DNA from: a virus
Taxonomy: Duplodnaviria > Heunggongvirae > Uroviricota > Caudoviricetes
IMG/VR virus record: IMGVR_UViG_2541047715_000004
DNA: 64,000 nt
Strand: one strand, 5' to 3'
How positions within the stretch are numbered: the first letter of the stretch is position 1; each line of letters opens with the position of its first letter. The position numbers and the translations under genes were made by a program. Positions 1 through 9,791 of this stretch are shown piece after piece. The notes beneath the pieces are model-generated. The model saw only the letters and a list, made by a program, of their open reading frames with translations. It made no database searches and was not told where the DNA came from.

Positions 1-233
1 AACTAGCGAAGAATGCCTTCAACGAGAAAACAGGCTGTCGAATGCTCGAAGCGTTCAAGAGAAACATCACGCTAATGAACCTGATTGAGACGAAGTTTCC
101 GCCTACCGAAATCGAAACAATCAAAGGCAATCGTGACGTGAAAGCATTCGAGCAACTGTGCTACGAGCTGAATTTCCGTTCGTTCCTTGAAGACCTTGAA
201 GTGTTTGTTCTTCCATTCGAAAGGTATTGCTAA
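1..233 (+). CDS. hypothetical protein, 5' end probably outside window
   Basis: Listed ORF 42-233; same frame stays open back to position 3. Confidence 0.35.
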   Translation, partial: LAKNAFNEKTGCRMLEAFKRNITLMNLIETKFPPTEIETIKGNRDVKAFEQLCYELNFRSFLEDLEVFVLPFERYC

Positions 234-499
234 TGCTTAAATCGATTATTAATGGCGCTACAACCACCCCCACCCAACTGGCAAAAGAGATTGTCTTTTA
301 TCACGGTGAGTACGCTGTCATCGCACTGCCGTCAATTCTAGGCGCTGCCGGAATGAAAGCGACAGATCGCGAGTTTGGATTAGTCAGCGAGCAGGTCGTA
401 AAAATCCTCGCTCGTGTATCCAGACTCCTTAATCACGATGCGATTGTATTCGACGAATCCGCCGCTTTAAAACGAATCAACGAAACAAAAGGAGCCTGA
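227..499 (+). CDS. hypothetical protein
   Basis: 90-aa ORF, 4-bp overlap with upstream ORF, same strand as neighbours. Confidence 0.4.
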   Translation: MLMLKSIINGATTTPTQLAKEIVFYHGEYAVIALPSILGAAGMKATDREFGLVSEQVVKILARVSRLLNHDAIVFDESAALKRINETKGA

Positions 500-501
500 T
501 C

Positions 502-2841
502 ATGGCAAAAGGAAAATCCGCACTGGCACTTGCTCTGAAAAAGAAAATCGGTAGCAACGACGAAATTCAGAAAGTAACTCATTGGATTGACACAGGCTTT
601 CCTCCGTTAAACAAAGCTATTTCCGGTCGTTACGATGGCGGTTTCCCATGTGGTCGTATCGTAGAAGTATTCGGGCCACCAAGCGCGGGGAAATGTGTTA
701 CCGCAGACACCATGCTGCTGACGGAGCGTGGAATGGTAACAGTGAAAGAGTTGTTTGAGATTGAAGGGTACAAAGCGACATGCACTACTCGCGATGTAGA
801 GCATAACGTTGGACTCATCAATGAAAATGGCGTGATAGAGAAGACCTCACACCTGACATGGAACAACCGTCGCAAATTCAAGCGTATTAAGCTGGCATCA
901 GGCGGTTATATCGAGGCTACGTTCCGTCACCCAATCCGTGTGGTTGACGACTTAGGTAATGTCGTCTGGCGACATGCTGAAAAAATCAGTGTAGGCGACA
1001 CGATTCCTTCAATGGTTGGCACACATCAATTCGGCGATCAGCACCTGGATGCCAATATCGCAAAACTGATGGGCTATTTAATTGCTGACGGATACGTGGC
1101 CTCTGAAAATTCAGTGAATTTTTCTAACACAGATCCTTTCATCAAGGATGAGTACTACCGCCTCATTTCGCTGGTATCAGACAAGATGCCAGTTACGAGA
1201 AAACATAACGGCTCGGAAGACCATGTGCTGTTTAGCAAAGAGGTGCGTTCGCTGCTTTTTAAAGAATATGGTCTGGAGTATGAGAAAGCTGCTGGCAAGC
1301 AGGTTCCGTTGAGTGTGCGTCGCGCCAATAGCGAGGCTCAAATTGCATTCCTTCGCGGCTACTTTGAGCTGGAATGCCACGTCAATGATGGTCGCTGCAT
1401 TGAGGTTGTGAGCGCGAGTGGGCTGCTGCTACAGCAAATTCGCCTCATGCTCCTGAATCTGGGGATTACGTCAACTATCTCTGAAAAACACGTCGCGGGT
1501 TATGAAAATACATATTACCGGCTGTCATTCAGTGGCTCTAATTACGACCTTTTTCTGTCAACGATTGGTTTCGAATCTCCGGCACGTTTATCAGTGGCAA
1601 CCAAACGGGACATTGGTTTTGACCGCACTTACTCAGGCTATGTTCCGCACATCAGCGGCTTAGTGAAATCACTCTACGAGTCGCTCACCAAGACCACCCG
1701 TGAAGACTACGCTCTGGTAGACCACGTTATTGGCCGCGGCGATCGTGTCGGAATAGACAAACTGCGAGAAATCTATGTCTCCTTCATTGGCAGAAAGAAT
1801 CGTTTTAACGAGCATCTGTTTGCACAACTGGCAGCGGTAATTGGCTCTAACTTGTTCTACGACGAAGTCGTGGCTATTGAGGAAGGTGAAGCACCAACGT
1901 TCGACGTAGCGATGCCGGAAACACACTCTTTCTGGTCTAACGGGATTATCAGCCACAACACATTCCTTGCAACAGCAGCGATGATCTCCGCTCAAAAACA
2001 AGATGGTCTGGCGGTATTCCTCGATCATGAAAACAGTTTTGACGTTGGCCTGGCTGTAGCCAATGGCCTGAACGCAGATGAGGATGACGGTCAGTGGGTA
2101 TACAAGCAGCCAGATACCTTCGAAGACTCTGTAGAGTTGATCGGCACAATACTTAAATTGGTTCGTGATGAAGAGCTTATCCCCGAATCAGCACCTATCT
2201 GTATCGTGGCTGACTCTCTTGCGTCTATGGTTCCGAACTCCAAAGCCGAGAAGTTCGAAAAGATGGCTGAAGGCACAGCCAAAGACAAAGATCAGCTAAA
2301 CATGAACGACAATACGGCACTGGCTCGTGCGACGAGTGCGAACTTCCCTACTCTGGCTTTGTGGGCACGCAAATACAACGCCTGCATCATCTTCTTGAAT
2401 CAGGTTCGCACAAAAATCGGTGTAATGTTTGGCGACCCTACTACGTCGCCAGGTGGAGATTCACCGAAGTTCTACGCTTCTGTACGTATCCGTCTTGGTG
2501 CATCGGTGATGAAGGATGGTAAAGAGAAGATCGGCCAGGACGTAGGCGCAGAATGCATCAAAAACAAAGTTGCACCACCGTATGGCAAATGCACCTGGAA
2601 ATTCTACTTCGATCCTACTCGTGGCCTCGACGTTATCGAATCGCTCGTCGAGTACATGCTGGAAGAAGGATACCTGCCAAAGAACGCCAGCGGGCGAGTT
2701 GAAATTGGTGACAAGAAATACACCAAATCGCAGATCGTCGAGATGTATCGGGAGAAGCCACTGGCTGAAATCATTGCGGCTTTGCAGGCAATCGACGACC
2801 GAAGAGCAAAAGACAACCCCACCGAGCCAGTAGAAGAGTAA
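502..2841 (+). CDS. recA: RecA-family recombinase interrupted by an intein
   Basis: Extein motifs GRIVEVFGPPSAGK..T and LNQVRTKIGVMFGDPTTSPGGDSPKFYASVRIRL closely parallel E. coli RecA P-loop and L2 region; 779 aa because of a 422-aa insertion. Confidence 0.85.
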   Translation: MAKGKSALALALKKKIGSNDEIQKVTHWIDTGFPPLNKAISGRYDGGFPCGRIVEVFGPPSAGKCVTADTMLLTERGMVTVKELFEIEGYKATCTTRDVEHNVGLINENGVIEKTSHLTWNNRRKFKRIKLASGGYIEATFRHPIRVVDDLGNVVWRHAEKISVGDTIPSMVGTHQFGDQHLDANIAKLMGYLIADGYVASENSVNFSNTDPFIKDEYYRLISLVSDKMPVTRKHNGSEDHVLFSKEVRSLLFKEYGLEYEKAAGKQVPLSVRRANSEAQIAFLRGYFELECHVNDGRCIEVVSASGLLLQQIRLMLLNLGITSTISEKHVAGYENTYYRLSFSGSNYDLFLSTIGFESPARLSVATKRDIGFDRTYSGYVPHISGLVKSLYESLTKTTREDYALVDHVIGRGDRVGIDKLREIYVSFIGRKNRFNEHLFAQLAAVIGSNLFYDEVVAIEEGEAPTFDVAMPETHSFWSNGIISHNTFLATAAMISAQKQDGLAVFLDHENSFDVGLAVANGLNADEDDGQWVYKQPDTFEDSVELIGTILKLVRDEELIPESAPICIVADSLASMVPNSKAEKFEKMAEGTAKDKDQLNMNDNTALARATSANFPTLALWARKYNACIIFLNQVRTKIGVMFGDPTTSPGGDSPKFYASVRIRLGASVMKDGKEKIGQDVGAECIKNKVAPPYGKCTWKFYFDPTRGLDVIESLVEYMLEEGYLPKNASGRVEIGDKKYTKSQIVEMYREKPLAEIIAALQAIDDRRAKDNPTEPVEE
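694..1959 (+). mobile_element. intein with LAGLIDADG homing-endonuclease domain inserted in RecA Walker A motif
   Basis: Starts with Cys (TGT at 694) right after GPPSAGK, ends with His-Asn (1954-1959), +1 extein residue Thr; internal LMGYLIADGYV and LRGYFELECH motifs. Confidence 0.8.
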
Positions 2842-2845
2842 ACAC

Positions 2846-2870
2846 AAGGCGTCCTGTGGACGCCTTTTTA
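2846..2870 (+). terminator. rho-independent terminator
   Basis: Hairpin aaggcgtcc-tgtg-ggacgcctt followed by T-run. Confidence 0.6.
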
Positions 2871-2932
2871 TCTCTTGAAAATATATAAGTACTTACTTAT
2901 TATTTTCGCATAAAAACCACATAGGAAAACAC

Positions 2933-3133
2933 ATGATCAAAATCTATCTATTGGCAGTAGCCACAGGCCTTTCAGTGGCTCTCATCTACGGTTTACTGGT
3001 TCCGTCGCTGATTTCTACCAAGAGTGATTTAGCCGTCATGTTTGGAGTTGTCGTTGGTTTTGGTGCTCCTGTAATCGGTCTTATTGCTGGTCGTAAGTTT
3101 ATCAACTCATTAATCAAAGCAAAGGGGAAATAA
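2933..3133 (+). CDS. small hydrophobic membrane protein
   Basis: 66 aa, two predicted hydrophobic segments; directly upstream of SPFH gene. Confidence 0.45.
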   Translation: MIKIYLLAVATGLSVALIYGLLVPSLISTKSDLAVMFGVVVGFGAPVIGLIAGRKFINSLIKAKGK

Positions 3134-3136
3134 GTA

Positions 3137-3967
3137 ATGAAGAAAGGTTTACTTGCAGTTGCTCTGGCGGCTATTTGCACAATGGGTCTTACTGGCTGTG
3201 ATCGCGTGGAGCCTGGATACGTTGGCATCAAAGTAAACAAATTAGGTGAAGACAAAGGGATTGGTGAAGTGGTTGGCGTTGGTCGCCAATGGACAGGTCT
3301 TAACACCGAACTTTACGTATTCCCGACCTTCAAACAAATGAAGACCTACGACGAGCCGTTCACATTCCAGATGAGTGACGGTACTGCTATTGGTCACAAA
3401 ATTGGCGTTGCGTATCTGGTTAATCGTGACAAGGTAACGACGGTGTTCCAGACCTATCGCAAAGGCGTAGACGATATCACCGAATCAGATCTGCGTCAGA
3501 AAATTGCCGACTCTCTAAACCGTTTGGCCAGCCGTATGACCACTGACTCATTTATCGACGGTGGTAAGGCACAATTGCTGGACAACGCACTGAAAGATAT
3601 TCAGAAAGAGATGTCTCCGGTTGGTATTGAGGTACTGAGCCTGTCATGGGTTGGAAAGCCTGATTACCCAAAAACTGTCATTGAATCTATTAACGCCAAA
3701 GTAACGGCTAACCAGCGTACTCTGCAACGTCAGCAGGAAGTTGAACAACGTAAAGCTGAGGCGAATATGCTACGTGAACAGGCTAATGGTGAAGCTGATG
3801 CTATCCGTGCTCGTGCGCAAGCAGAAGCAGACGCCATTCGTCTGCGCGGTGAAGCTCTGCGTCAAAACCCGAACGTTATGGAACTGGAAGCCATCAATAA
3901 ATGGAATGGCCAGTTACCGCAGTACATGACTCAAGGGGCTAACACTCCTTTCATTACAGTGAAATAA
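3137..3967 (+). CDS. SPFH/band-7 domain lipoprotein
   Basis: Signal peptide with lipobox LTGC; central region and C-terminal coiled-coil (EADAIRARAQAEADAIRLRGEA) typical of SPFH family. Confidence 0.65.
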   Translation: MKKGLLAVALAAICTMGLTGCDRVEPGYVGIKVNKLGEDKGIGEVVGVGRQWTGLNTELYVFPTFKQMKTYDEPFTFQMSDGTAIGHKIGVAYLVNRDKVTTVFQTYRKGVDDITESDLRQKIADSLNRLASRMTTDSFIDGGKAQLLDNALKDIQKEMSPVGIEVLSLSWVGKPDYPKTVIESINAKVTANQRTLQRQQEVEQRKAEANMLREQANGEADAIRARAQAEADAIRLRGEALRQNPNVMELEAINKWNGQLPQYMTQGANTPFITVK

Positions 3968-3983
3968 CTCCCCTAAAAAGTTC

Positions 3984-4008
3984 AGGCGTCCAGTTGGACG
4001 CCTTTTTT
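3984..4008 (+). terminator. rho-independent terminator
   Basis: Hairpin ggcgtcc-agtt-ggacgcc followed by TTTTTT. Confidence 0.65.
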
Positions 4009-4058
4009 ATCGCAATTATCTTATTAAGAAAACAATTTGTTTAAAAGGATAAGAAAAC

Positions 4059-4484
4059 ATGGCAGCTATTAAGAAACTCTACGATGCCGCAAACGTGGCT
4101 CTGGATGTTATTGATGATGAAGTAGCAAAAGGCTTTCCTGAACCTGATTGGGCGCATCAGCTACGAAACGCTATCGCAGAAATGACCCCACCAGATCCAA
4201 CCCCCGACGAGACAGACTGGCAGCGATTCATCCGTATGTACGCTCAGGAAATAGGTCCAACGCCAACGGCAGAGCAGGCAATGCTGCTGAAATACTTCAA
4301 AGAGGCGGGAGAGGATTTACCAATTGATGACTCAGCATATTGGTTCCACTGCGCATGGCGTAAGTATGACGTGATATTCACACAAGGCATGGGAAGCAAA
4401 GATATGGTTGTGTGGCATCTACTCCATATAGACACAGCCGTTGACAGAGTTATTGAACAGTTTTTCCCTAAACAAGAAGATTGA
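4059..4484 (+). CDS. hypothetical protein
   Basis: 141-aa ORF preceded by GAAAACAATTTGTTT motif and RBS. Confidence 0.5.
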   Translation: MAAIKKLYDAANVALDVIDDEVAKGFPEPDWAHQLRNAIAEMTPPDPTPDETDWQRFIRMYAQEIGPTPTAEQAMLLKYFKEAGEDLPIDDSAYWFHCAWRKYDVIFTQGMGSKDMVVWHLLHIDTAVDRVIEQFFPKQED

Positions 4485-4539
4485 TCGCCTATTCATAACT
4501 AACAAAATAAGTAAACACTAACCACAAAAGGAAAAACAC

Positions 4540-4815
4540 ATGAGAGTTTTAGTTCGAATCGTTACCAGCACTGTCTATGACGTGTTTCCGCTTTTTATGG
4601 TCAAAGCCGATGGCCTTAACGACGAAGAAACTGACGCGCTGATCCAGCGTATTCTCGTTGAATATACAGGTCATGACGCTGATTCAGTGATGGTTGATGA
4701 TGATGGTGTTTGTTGGCATAACGGCAACTGTTGGTACGTAGAAGAGACTCAACAAATCAGTGATGAAGATGCCGAACATCTTGAGCGTATTTTAAGCATC
4801 AGCACTTTTGAGTGA
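4540..4815 (+). CDS. hypothetical protein
   Basis: 91-aa ORF with conserved AGGAAAAACACATG start context. Confidence 0.5.
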   Translation: MRVLVRIVTSTVYDVFPLFMVKADGLNDEETDALIQRILVEYTGHDADSVMVDDDGVCWHNGNCWYVEETQQISDEDAEHLERILSISTFE

Positions 4816-5030
4816 GTTTACAGTAAAATTTATATAAGTTAGTATCTACCTATCATGAAGATTTTTATTGAATACTTGTTACTCATCGTTTCAATAGCTT
4901 TTGTCATCGACTGCATTTTCACTGGTGTCATTCGTAAAGTCTTTTCCCCGGTGCACGACGTAGTCATAAACGCTTTGGCTATCGTGCTCGTATTTAATTC
5001 AGCATTTGATGTAATCAAAGAGGTGGCAGC

Positions 5031-5366
5031 ATGAAGGCCATCCCATTCGCGCTGTTGTTCCTTTCTTCGATCGTTGTGGCCGACACCACTGTTTATCAGT
5101 GTGAAATGTCTGTAGCCGACGTTAAGAATGGCGCTCTTACCGACGTCATAAAAGCACCATATGGAGCGATGGTCGTAGACAGCGGCGACCAGTTCTATGT
5201 TGTGCGTGACGATCGAGTGTTGTCATCCCCATATCTCACAAATCGTAATGGCAAATTAACCGGCGTCGGAGAAGACCACTTCGTATACAACAAATACAAG
5301 GGCTTCTATGGCGTTCACGCTTCTCAGCAAAGCTACCTTTTCGATGACTGCAAGGAGGTTGGATAA
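5031..5366 (+). CDS. hypothetical secreted protein
   Basis: N-terminal signal-peptide-like segment MKAIPFALLFLSSIVVA. Confidence 0.45.
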   Translation: MKAIPFALLFLSSIVVADTTVYQCEMSVADVKNGALTDVIKAPYGAMVVDSGDQFYVVRDDRVLSSPYLTNRNGKLTGVGEDHFVYNKYKGFYGVHASQQSYLFDDCKEVG

Positions 5367-5578
5367 TGGCATTAACACTGGCAGGTCTGGAAATCGAGAA
5401 AACAAGCGGATACTGGCGTGCTAAGGGTTTCAAGCAGCCTGGCATTCTTGAGCGTCTGGAACGTGAAGATGGGTATATCGTCCACCAGCGGCGTGAATGG
5501 CGTATGTACGATCCAGAAACAGGAAAACTGACTACAAAAGCCGGAACACTTTGGGGTCTGTTGAAGAAAATACACTAA
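5366..5578 (+). CDS. hypothetical protein
   Basis: 70-aa ORF, start overlaps upstream stop. Confidence 0.4.
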   Translation: MALTLAGLEIEKTSGYWRAKGFKQPGILERLEREDGYIVHQRREWRMYDPETGKLTTKAGTLWGLLKKIH

Positions 5579-5625
5579 ATGCAAACTGACTGCGGCACGT
5601 TCCGCAGTCATATTTCATAGTCGTC

Positions 5626-6158
5626 ACCGCTGACAGCATACACAATCAACTGCCGCTGATAGCATATCGAGAGTCTATCTCACCGCTCACAGCATACTTT
5701 ACTCGATTTTTTACCGCTGACAGCATACTTAAGACATTGCATGAATAATGTGTACCGGTATGGGTATAACCAGAACAAAATTACCGCTGGCAGCATACGA
5801 AGGTCTGACATATGCCATTAATTACCGCTGATAGCATATCCAAACAAAAATTCCTCAATAAAACACCGCTGACAGCATACGTTCTATCAGGGAGCAGCAG
5901 GCAATAAATACCTTTCACTACAAGTAATCAGCGCAATGGGAATAGAATGTTAGTGAGCGCAAACCTATATGGAATGCACTCTTCGAGGTTAGTAACCACT
6001 GGGGAGGTATAAAAGAGCATTGAGTGGTGATAGATGATTTACCGCTCACAGCATACGTTTATCTCACTATACCGCTGGTAGCATATCTTTAACCGTTCAC
6101 AGCATACTTTTCAGAAAAATAGCCGCTGATAGCATACATTTCACCGCTGACAGCATAT
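5626..6158. repeat. iteron array (about 12 copies of ACCGCTGACAGCATAC-like 16-mer) downstream of rep
   Basis: Copies starting near 5626, 5653, 5682, 5713, 5783, 5824, 5865, 6041, 6071, 6092, 6122, 6143. Confidence 0.85.
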
Positions 6159-7252
6159 CAAAGCAGTTTGAGACTATTGGAAAGGATCTCAATCATCTTG
6201 ATATTTTCAGGCGTCAAATTCTGCGAAAGTTCGGTTATCTTATTGATAATGTTCTGTTTGGCATCAATTTCCCCGGCTTTCTCATCTGGTTTTTTGGGTT
6301 CGATGTCTTCAGGTTTTGGCGGTGCGACTTTGAGTTTTGGATTGCGGCTGTGAATCTGGATATAGATCGACCGCCCACGCTTAATCTCGCTGTATTCGAG
6401 ATAGCCCAAATCTTGGAGAGCTTTTAAGCCGTTACGTATAGTCTGATTCTGCGAGCTGACATTCCTGCTACTCAAATTGAGTCGCGCACGCAATCGAGCA
6501 AGCGATACCGGCGCAGGCTTGGTTGGAAGACTTTCGATGAAGGTGTACAGAGCCTGTGCTGTTTCTTTGCGTGGTAGCTTATTGATAACCTTTAACTGCA
6601 AAAGAACCTTATGGTCAAAGCGATATAGTTCGGCCAGCTTCGGTTCTGCATAGAACACCACCGTATCTTTCTGCTCGTTGTAGTCCACGCTATTGATGAG
6701 GTGCACCATCAGAAGCGAGATCTTGTTAGAGCCGTCGACGTTCTTTTCTTCATACGTTCTCTGGAAAGACAGAGTTGTACGCATGATCTTCAAAAGACTG
6801 TTTGTAAGCCGGTCGCGGAGTGTTTTGCGGATCTGTGACGATGGATAGCCACAAAACTTCGCAAATTTCGTGATGCTTAACTCGACACGACCATTAGGTT
6901 CGCCGTATTCTGCCAGCGAACGCACAACGCCCACCCACGTTTTGAAATCATGATCCATGTCCAGGCGAGGACCGGTTATCTTGATATCGGAATAGCCTTC
7001 AGAACGGGCTACTTCGAGCTGGACAAGCTCCTTTGAAGCATCGATCTCATTTGGCTTGTTACGTTTACTGTATTTTGTTCCCTTAAGCGTGGGGACGAAC
7101 AACCCCAGTCGCATCAACGCAATTGGTTGGACTGTATTGTTGCTATTAGGGACAAGTTCCCCTGTGTACAATTCAAGGGAACCTTCTTCAAAGTTGTCGA
7201 TGTTATCTTCTACTTCTTTGTTATTTTTACCTTTTTTATTTTTTGTGGACAT
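6158..7252 (-). CDS. repA: iteron-binding plasmid replication initiator (RepA-like)
   Basis: Flanked on both sides by iterons; start taken at internal Met (MSTKNKK...) because the first 40 codons of the listed ORF are just translated iterons. Confidence 0.65.
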   Translation of the reverse strand: MSTKNKKGKNNKEVEDNIDNFEEGSLELYTGELVPNSNNTVQPIALMRLGLFVPTLKGTKYSKRNKPNEIDASKELVQLEVARSEGYSDIKITGPRLDMDHDFKTWVGVVRSLAEYGEPNGRVELSITKFAKFCGYPSSQIRKTLRDRLTNSLLKIMRTTLSFQRTYEEKNVDGSNKISLLMVHLINSVDYNEQKDTVVFYAEPKLAELYRFDHKVLLQLKVINKLPRKETAQALYTFIESLPTKPAPVSLARLRARLNLSSRNVSSQNQTIRNGLKALQDLGYLEYSEIKRGRSIYIQIHSRNPKLKVAPPKPEDIEPKKPDEKAGEIDAKQNIINKITELSQNLTPENIKMIEILSNSLKLL

Positions 7253-7272
7253 GTGGACACCTTTGTCATTCA

Positions 7273-7374
7273 ACCGCTGACAGCATACTTGATTTGCCGC
7301 TGACAGAATACTAAAAACAGTTGGCAGCATACGGTGAACCGCTGACAGACTATCAATTACCGCTGACAGCATAC
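7273..7374. repeat. iteron array upstream of rep (4-5 copies)
   Basis: ACCGCTGACAGCATAC at 7273 and 7359, variants at 7296, 7338, partial at 7321. Confidence 0.8.
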
Positions 7375-7409
7375 ATGAACATGACTTCAGACCAGTCGTG
7401 GCGCGGCTT

Positions 7410-7495
7410 ACAGCGATCGGGGATCTTATTTGATCTATATAAGGATCTATCTATGGATCTCTTTATTAGGATCTATCCTGTGGATATGTGAATAA
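7410..7495. promoter_or_regulatory. putative plasmid origin core: GATC cluster plus DnaA box
   Basis: Six GATC sites within 7415-7473; TGTGGATAT (reverse complement ATATCCACA, one mismatch to TTATCCACA) at 7480-7488; AT-rich. Confidence 0.55.
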
Positions 7496-7573
7496 TTAAA
7501 ACAGGCATTTACTACCTTCGGCGCACCTGGTGGGTTATCGTTGCCTCGGCTAACAATCACAGAAAAATGACAT

Positions 7574-8218
7574 ATGGATCTAAAACGCACGCGCTGGGTT
7601 CGTCGTCTTGAAGACGGCTCCTACACTATCGAATCAAATTCCAACCTGAATAAGCAGAAGTTGCTTTGTGACATCTGCGGTATAGCGGCGAAGTGCCCGA
7701 TCTACGAAACCAGAATTAAACTTGATAAGGCTGGTGTGAATTTTCATTTAAACAGTTGCATCAGGTACGTTCCATTACTCGCATTTCGTAAACCGATCAT
7801 CGGATTGGATGCTCCCTACTTCAACACACTCCGTTCAGGTGTGACGTGGCGAGATCGTTTATCACCAGACAAGCTGATTTGCCTCGTATCCGCAGACACA
7901 GGGAAAATCATCCGTTTTGGGAAAGTAGACAAGGTTTACTCAGGCCCAGTAGACGAAATGTTGCGGAAACACAGCCGGTTTAATCATCTCTGTATGGGTG
8001 GTGAGAAAATCGAGAAAGTAGAAGAAGTGATCCGCAAATCCTACGGACACTTTCTGACCAAAGATAGCCTGCTCACCGCAATCTACATCAGACATGTAAA
8101 ACGTGAGTTCGACCTCGAATACCACAGCGAAGAAGAGCTTAACCTTGTTGACCCACGTCCAAAAGCTGGCGTCATAAGCATAAACGCAGCGCGTAAAAAG
8201 CCCACTGACGCGCTGTAA
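7574..8218 (+). CDS. hypothetical protein
   Basis: 214-aa ORF next to origin region. Confidence 0.45.
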   Translation: MDLKRTRWVRRLEDGSYTIESNSNLNKQKLLCDICGIAAKCPIYETRIKLDKAGVNFHLNSCIRYVPLLAFRKPIIGLDAPYFNTLRSGVTWRDRLSPDKLICLVSADTGKIIRFGKVDKVYSGPVDEMLRKHSRFNHLCMGGEKIEKVEEVIRKSYGHFLTKDSLLTAIYIRHVKREFDLEYHSEEELNLVDPRPKAGVISINAARKKPTDAL

Positions 8219-8472
8219 CCCTCCAGATCGTATATTGGCGTAGATAGAATCTACGCCCCCTCAAAATAGCTCTCATAGCGTTCTACAGTGATCCTGTCTT
8301 ATTTTTAGTCATACAGACAAGCAAAGTTGCGCCACGATAAATAGGTATATACTTACTTATAAATTTTGTATATTAAGGCGCTCGTTTCATTCCTAATATA
8401 CCGTTATGCATAGTTGTTTACCTCCTCATTGCTCTTAGAATTTGTATCAAAATAACCACAAAGGAAAAATAC

Positions 8473-9558
8473 ATGACTTTGCCATACGGCGTCATTTCTG
8501 ACTGCCACTACCACAAATGGGATGCGTTCTCCACGACGAACGCTGAGGGGCTTAACTCCAGACTTGAAATACAGTTGGAAGCAACGAAAGAAGCAGCCAT
8601 CGCCATGAAGAAGGCCGGTTGTAAGTACATGTTGGTTGCCGGTGATACATTTCACGTCCGAGGAACTGTGTCCCCTTCTGTTTTGCATTACGTAACTGAA
8701 ACGTACAAGTGGATTATCAACGAGCTTGATCTGACAGTAGTAATGCTGGCCGGTAATCACGATCTTGAAACCAACGATTCAGTATATAGCGCCAACGCAG
8801 CAGCATCGCTGAGTTCTATCGGCGTGGTAATCGTATGTGGCAAGCGCCCACACTCAATAAAAATTGGTGATGTGACTGTCCACCTGATTAGCTGGCGTAA
8901 CAATCATGCGGAGCTTATCAGCGATCTGAAAGCATTACGTAAGAGCGTAGAAGGTGATAATCATGACGTTGTTATCCATACATCCATTAACAAAGCCATT
9001 CCAACAATGCCTGACGTCGGTATCGATGCGCAGGAGTTAAAGGATATCGGCTTTCGTCTCGTGCTTAGTGGGCATTACCACAACCACAAAGAGGTCATTC
9101 CTGGAGTTATCAGTGTCGGTGCACTGACTCATCAAAATTGGGGAGATGTTGGATCTCTGGCTGGCTACATGATCGTAAACCCGGACGGCAGTTTCAGTCA
9201 CTACGAAACCAGTGCGCCTAAATTCATTAACCTGGAAGATGATGTTGCTGATGACCAAATTCGCGGCAACTACGTGCGTTTCCGCGCCGTAATTGAGAAC
9301 GATGAAGAAGGCATTAAGTACCAGAACATCCTCAAAACAATGGGTGCAAAAGGTGTCGTGTGCAACTTCATCCGTAAGTCATCAATGATGGAAGGGACAG
9401 CCAGCACAACTGAAACCAGCAAAATCGATAGCCTGGGAGAGTCGGTATCTGCTTATTGCAAGATTGTCCACGATACTGACGGCGGATTTGATCTGAGCAA
9501 ATTGGATATTTTGTGTCAGGAAATCCTCACCGAAGCGGAGAGTTCGGAGGCTGTGTGA
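8473..9558 (+). CDS. SbcD/Mre11-like calcineurin-fold nuclease
   Basis: Phosphoesterase motifs VAGDTFHV, LAGNHDLE, SGHYH; followed by Rad50-like ATPase. Confidence 0.7.
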   Translation: MTLPYGVISDCHYHKWDAFSTTNAEGLNSRLEIQLEATKEAAIAMKKAGCKYMLVAGDTFHVRGTVSPSVLHYVTETYKWIINELDLTVVMLAGNHDLETNDSVYSANAAASLSSIGVVIVCGKRPHSIKIGDVTVHLISWRNNHAELISDLKALRKSVEGDNHDVVIHTSINKAIPTMPDVGIDAQELKDIGFRLVLSGHYHNHKEVIPGVISVGALTHQNWGDVGSLAGYMIVNPDGSFSHYETSAPKFINLEDDVADDQIRGNYVRFRAVIENDEEGIKYQNILKTMGAKGVVCNFIRKSSMMEGTASTTETSKIDSLGESVSAYCKIVHDTDGGFDLSKLDILCQEILTEAESSEAV

Positions 9559-9791
9559 AGCAAAGTCGTTATGGGAGCTTTCGAGACTTTGCCATCACGA
9601 TGAAAAGACTTGAACGAGGCCAGACGGTGATGTTTCACAAGCCCTACCCGCCACAAGGAAATCCCGTAGCGTTTTATCTTGGAAGGTTAACAAGAAAAGG
9701 CGTATTGAGGCGCAGATCCTTCCCGGCGCATACGGAGTTCAGATTGAAAGAAGGCCAAAAGCTAACACACGGTATCAGAGGTGTTATATGA
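9513..9791 (+). CDS. small basic ORF bridging nuclease and ATPase genes (uncertain)
   Basis: 92-aa ORF overlapping both neighbours. Confidence 0.2.
   Translation: MSGNPHRSGEFGGCVKQSRYGSFRDFAITMKRLERGQTVMFHKPYPPQGNPVAFYLGRLTRKGVLRRRSFPAHTEFRLKEGQKLTHGIRGVI

Noticed and set aside
607-2288. Minus-strand ORFs inside the recA/intein gene (607-804, 630-881, 1177-1380, 1669-2028, 1949-2149, 2091-2288)
   Set aside because: Antisense shadow ORFs within a well-supported coding region.
5626-6158. Possibility that the repeat array is a CRISPR array
   Set aside because: Repeats are 16-bp iteron-like with irregular spacing and flank a rep gene; no cas genes and no repeat-spacer regularity.
7253-7372. 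First 40 codons of the listed rep ORF
   Set aside because: They are translated iterons (MLSAVIDSLSAV...); the start is more plausibly the internal Met at 7252.
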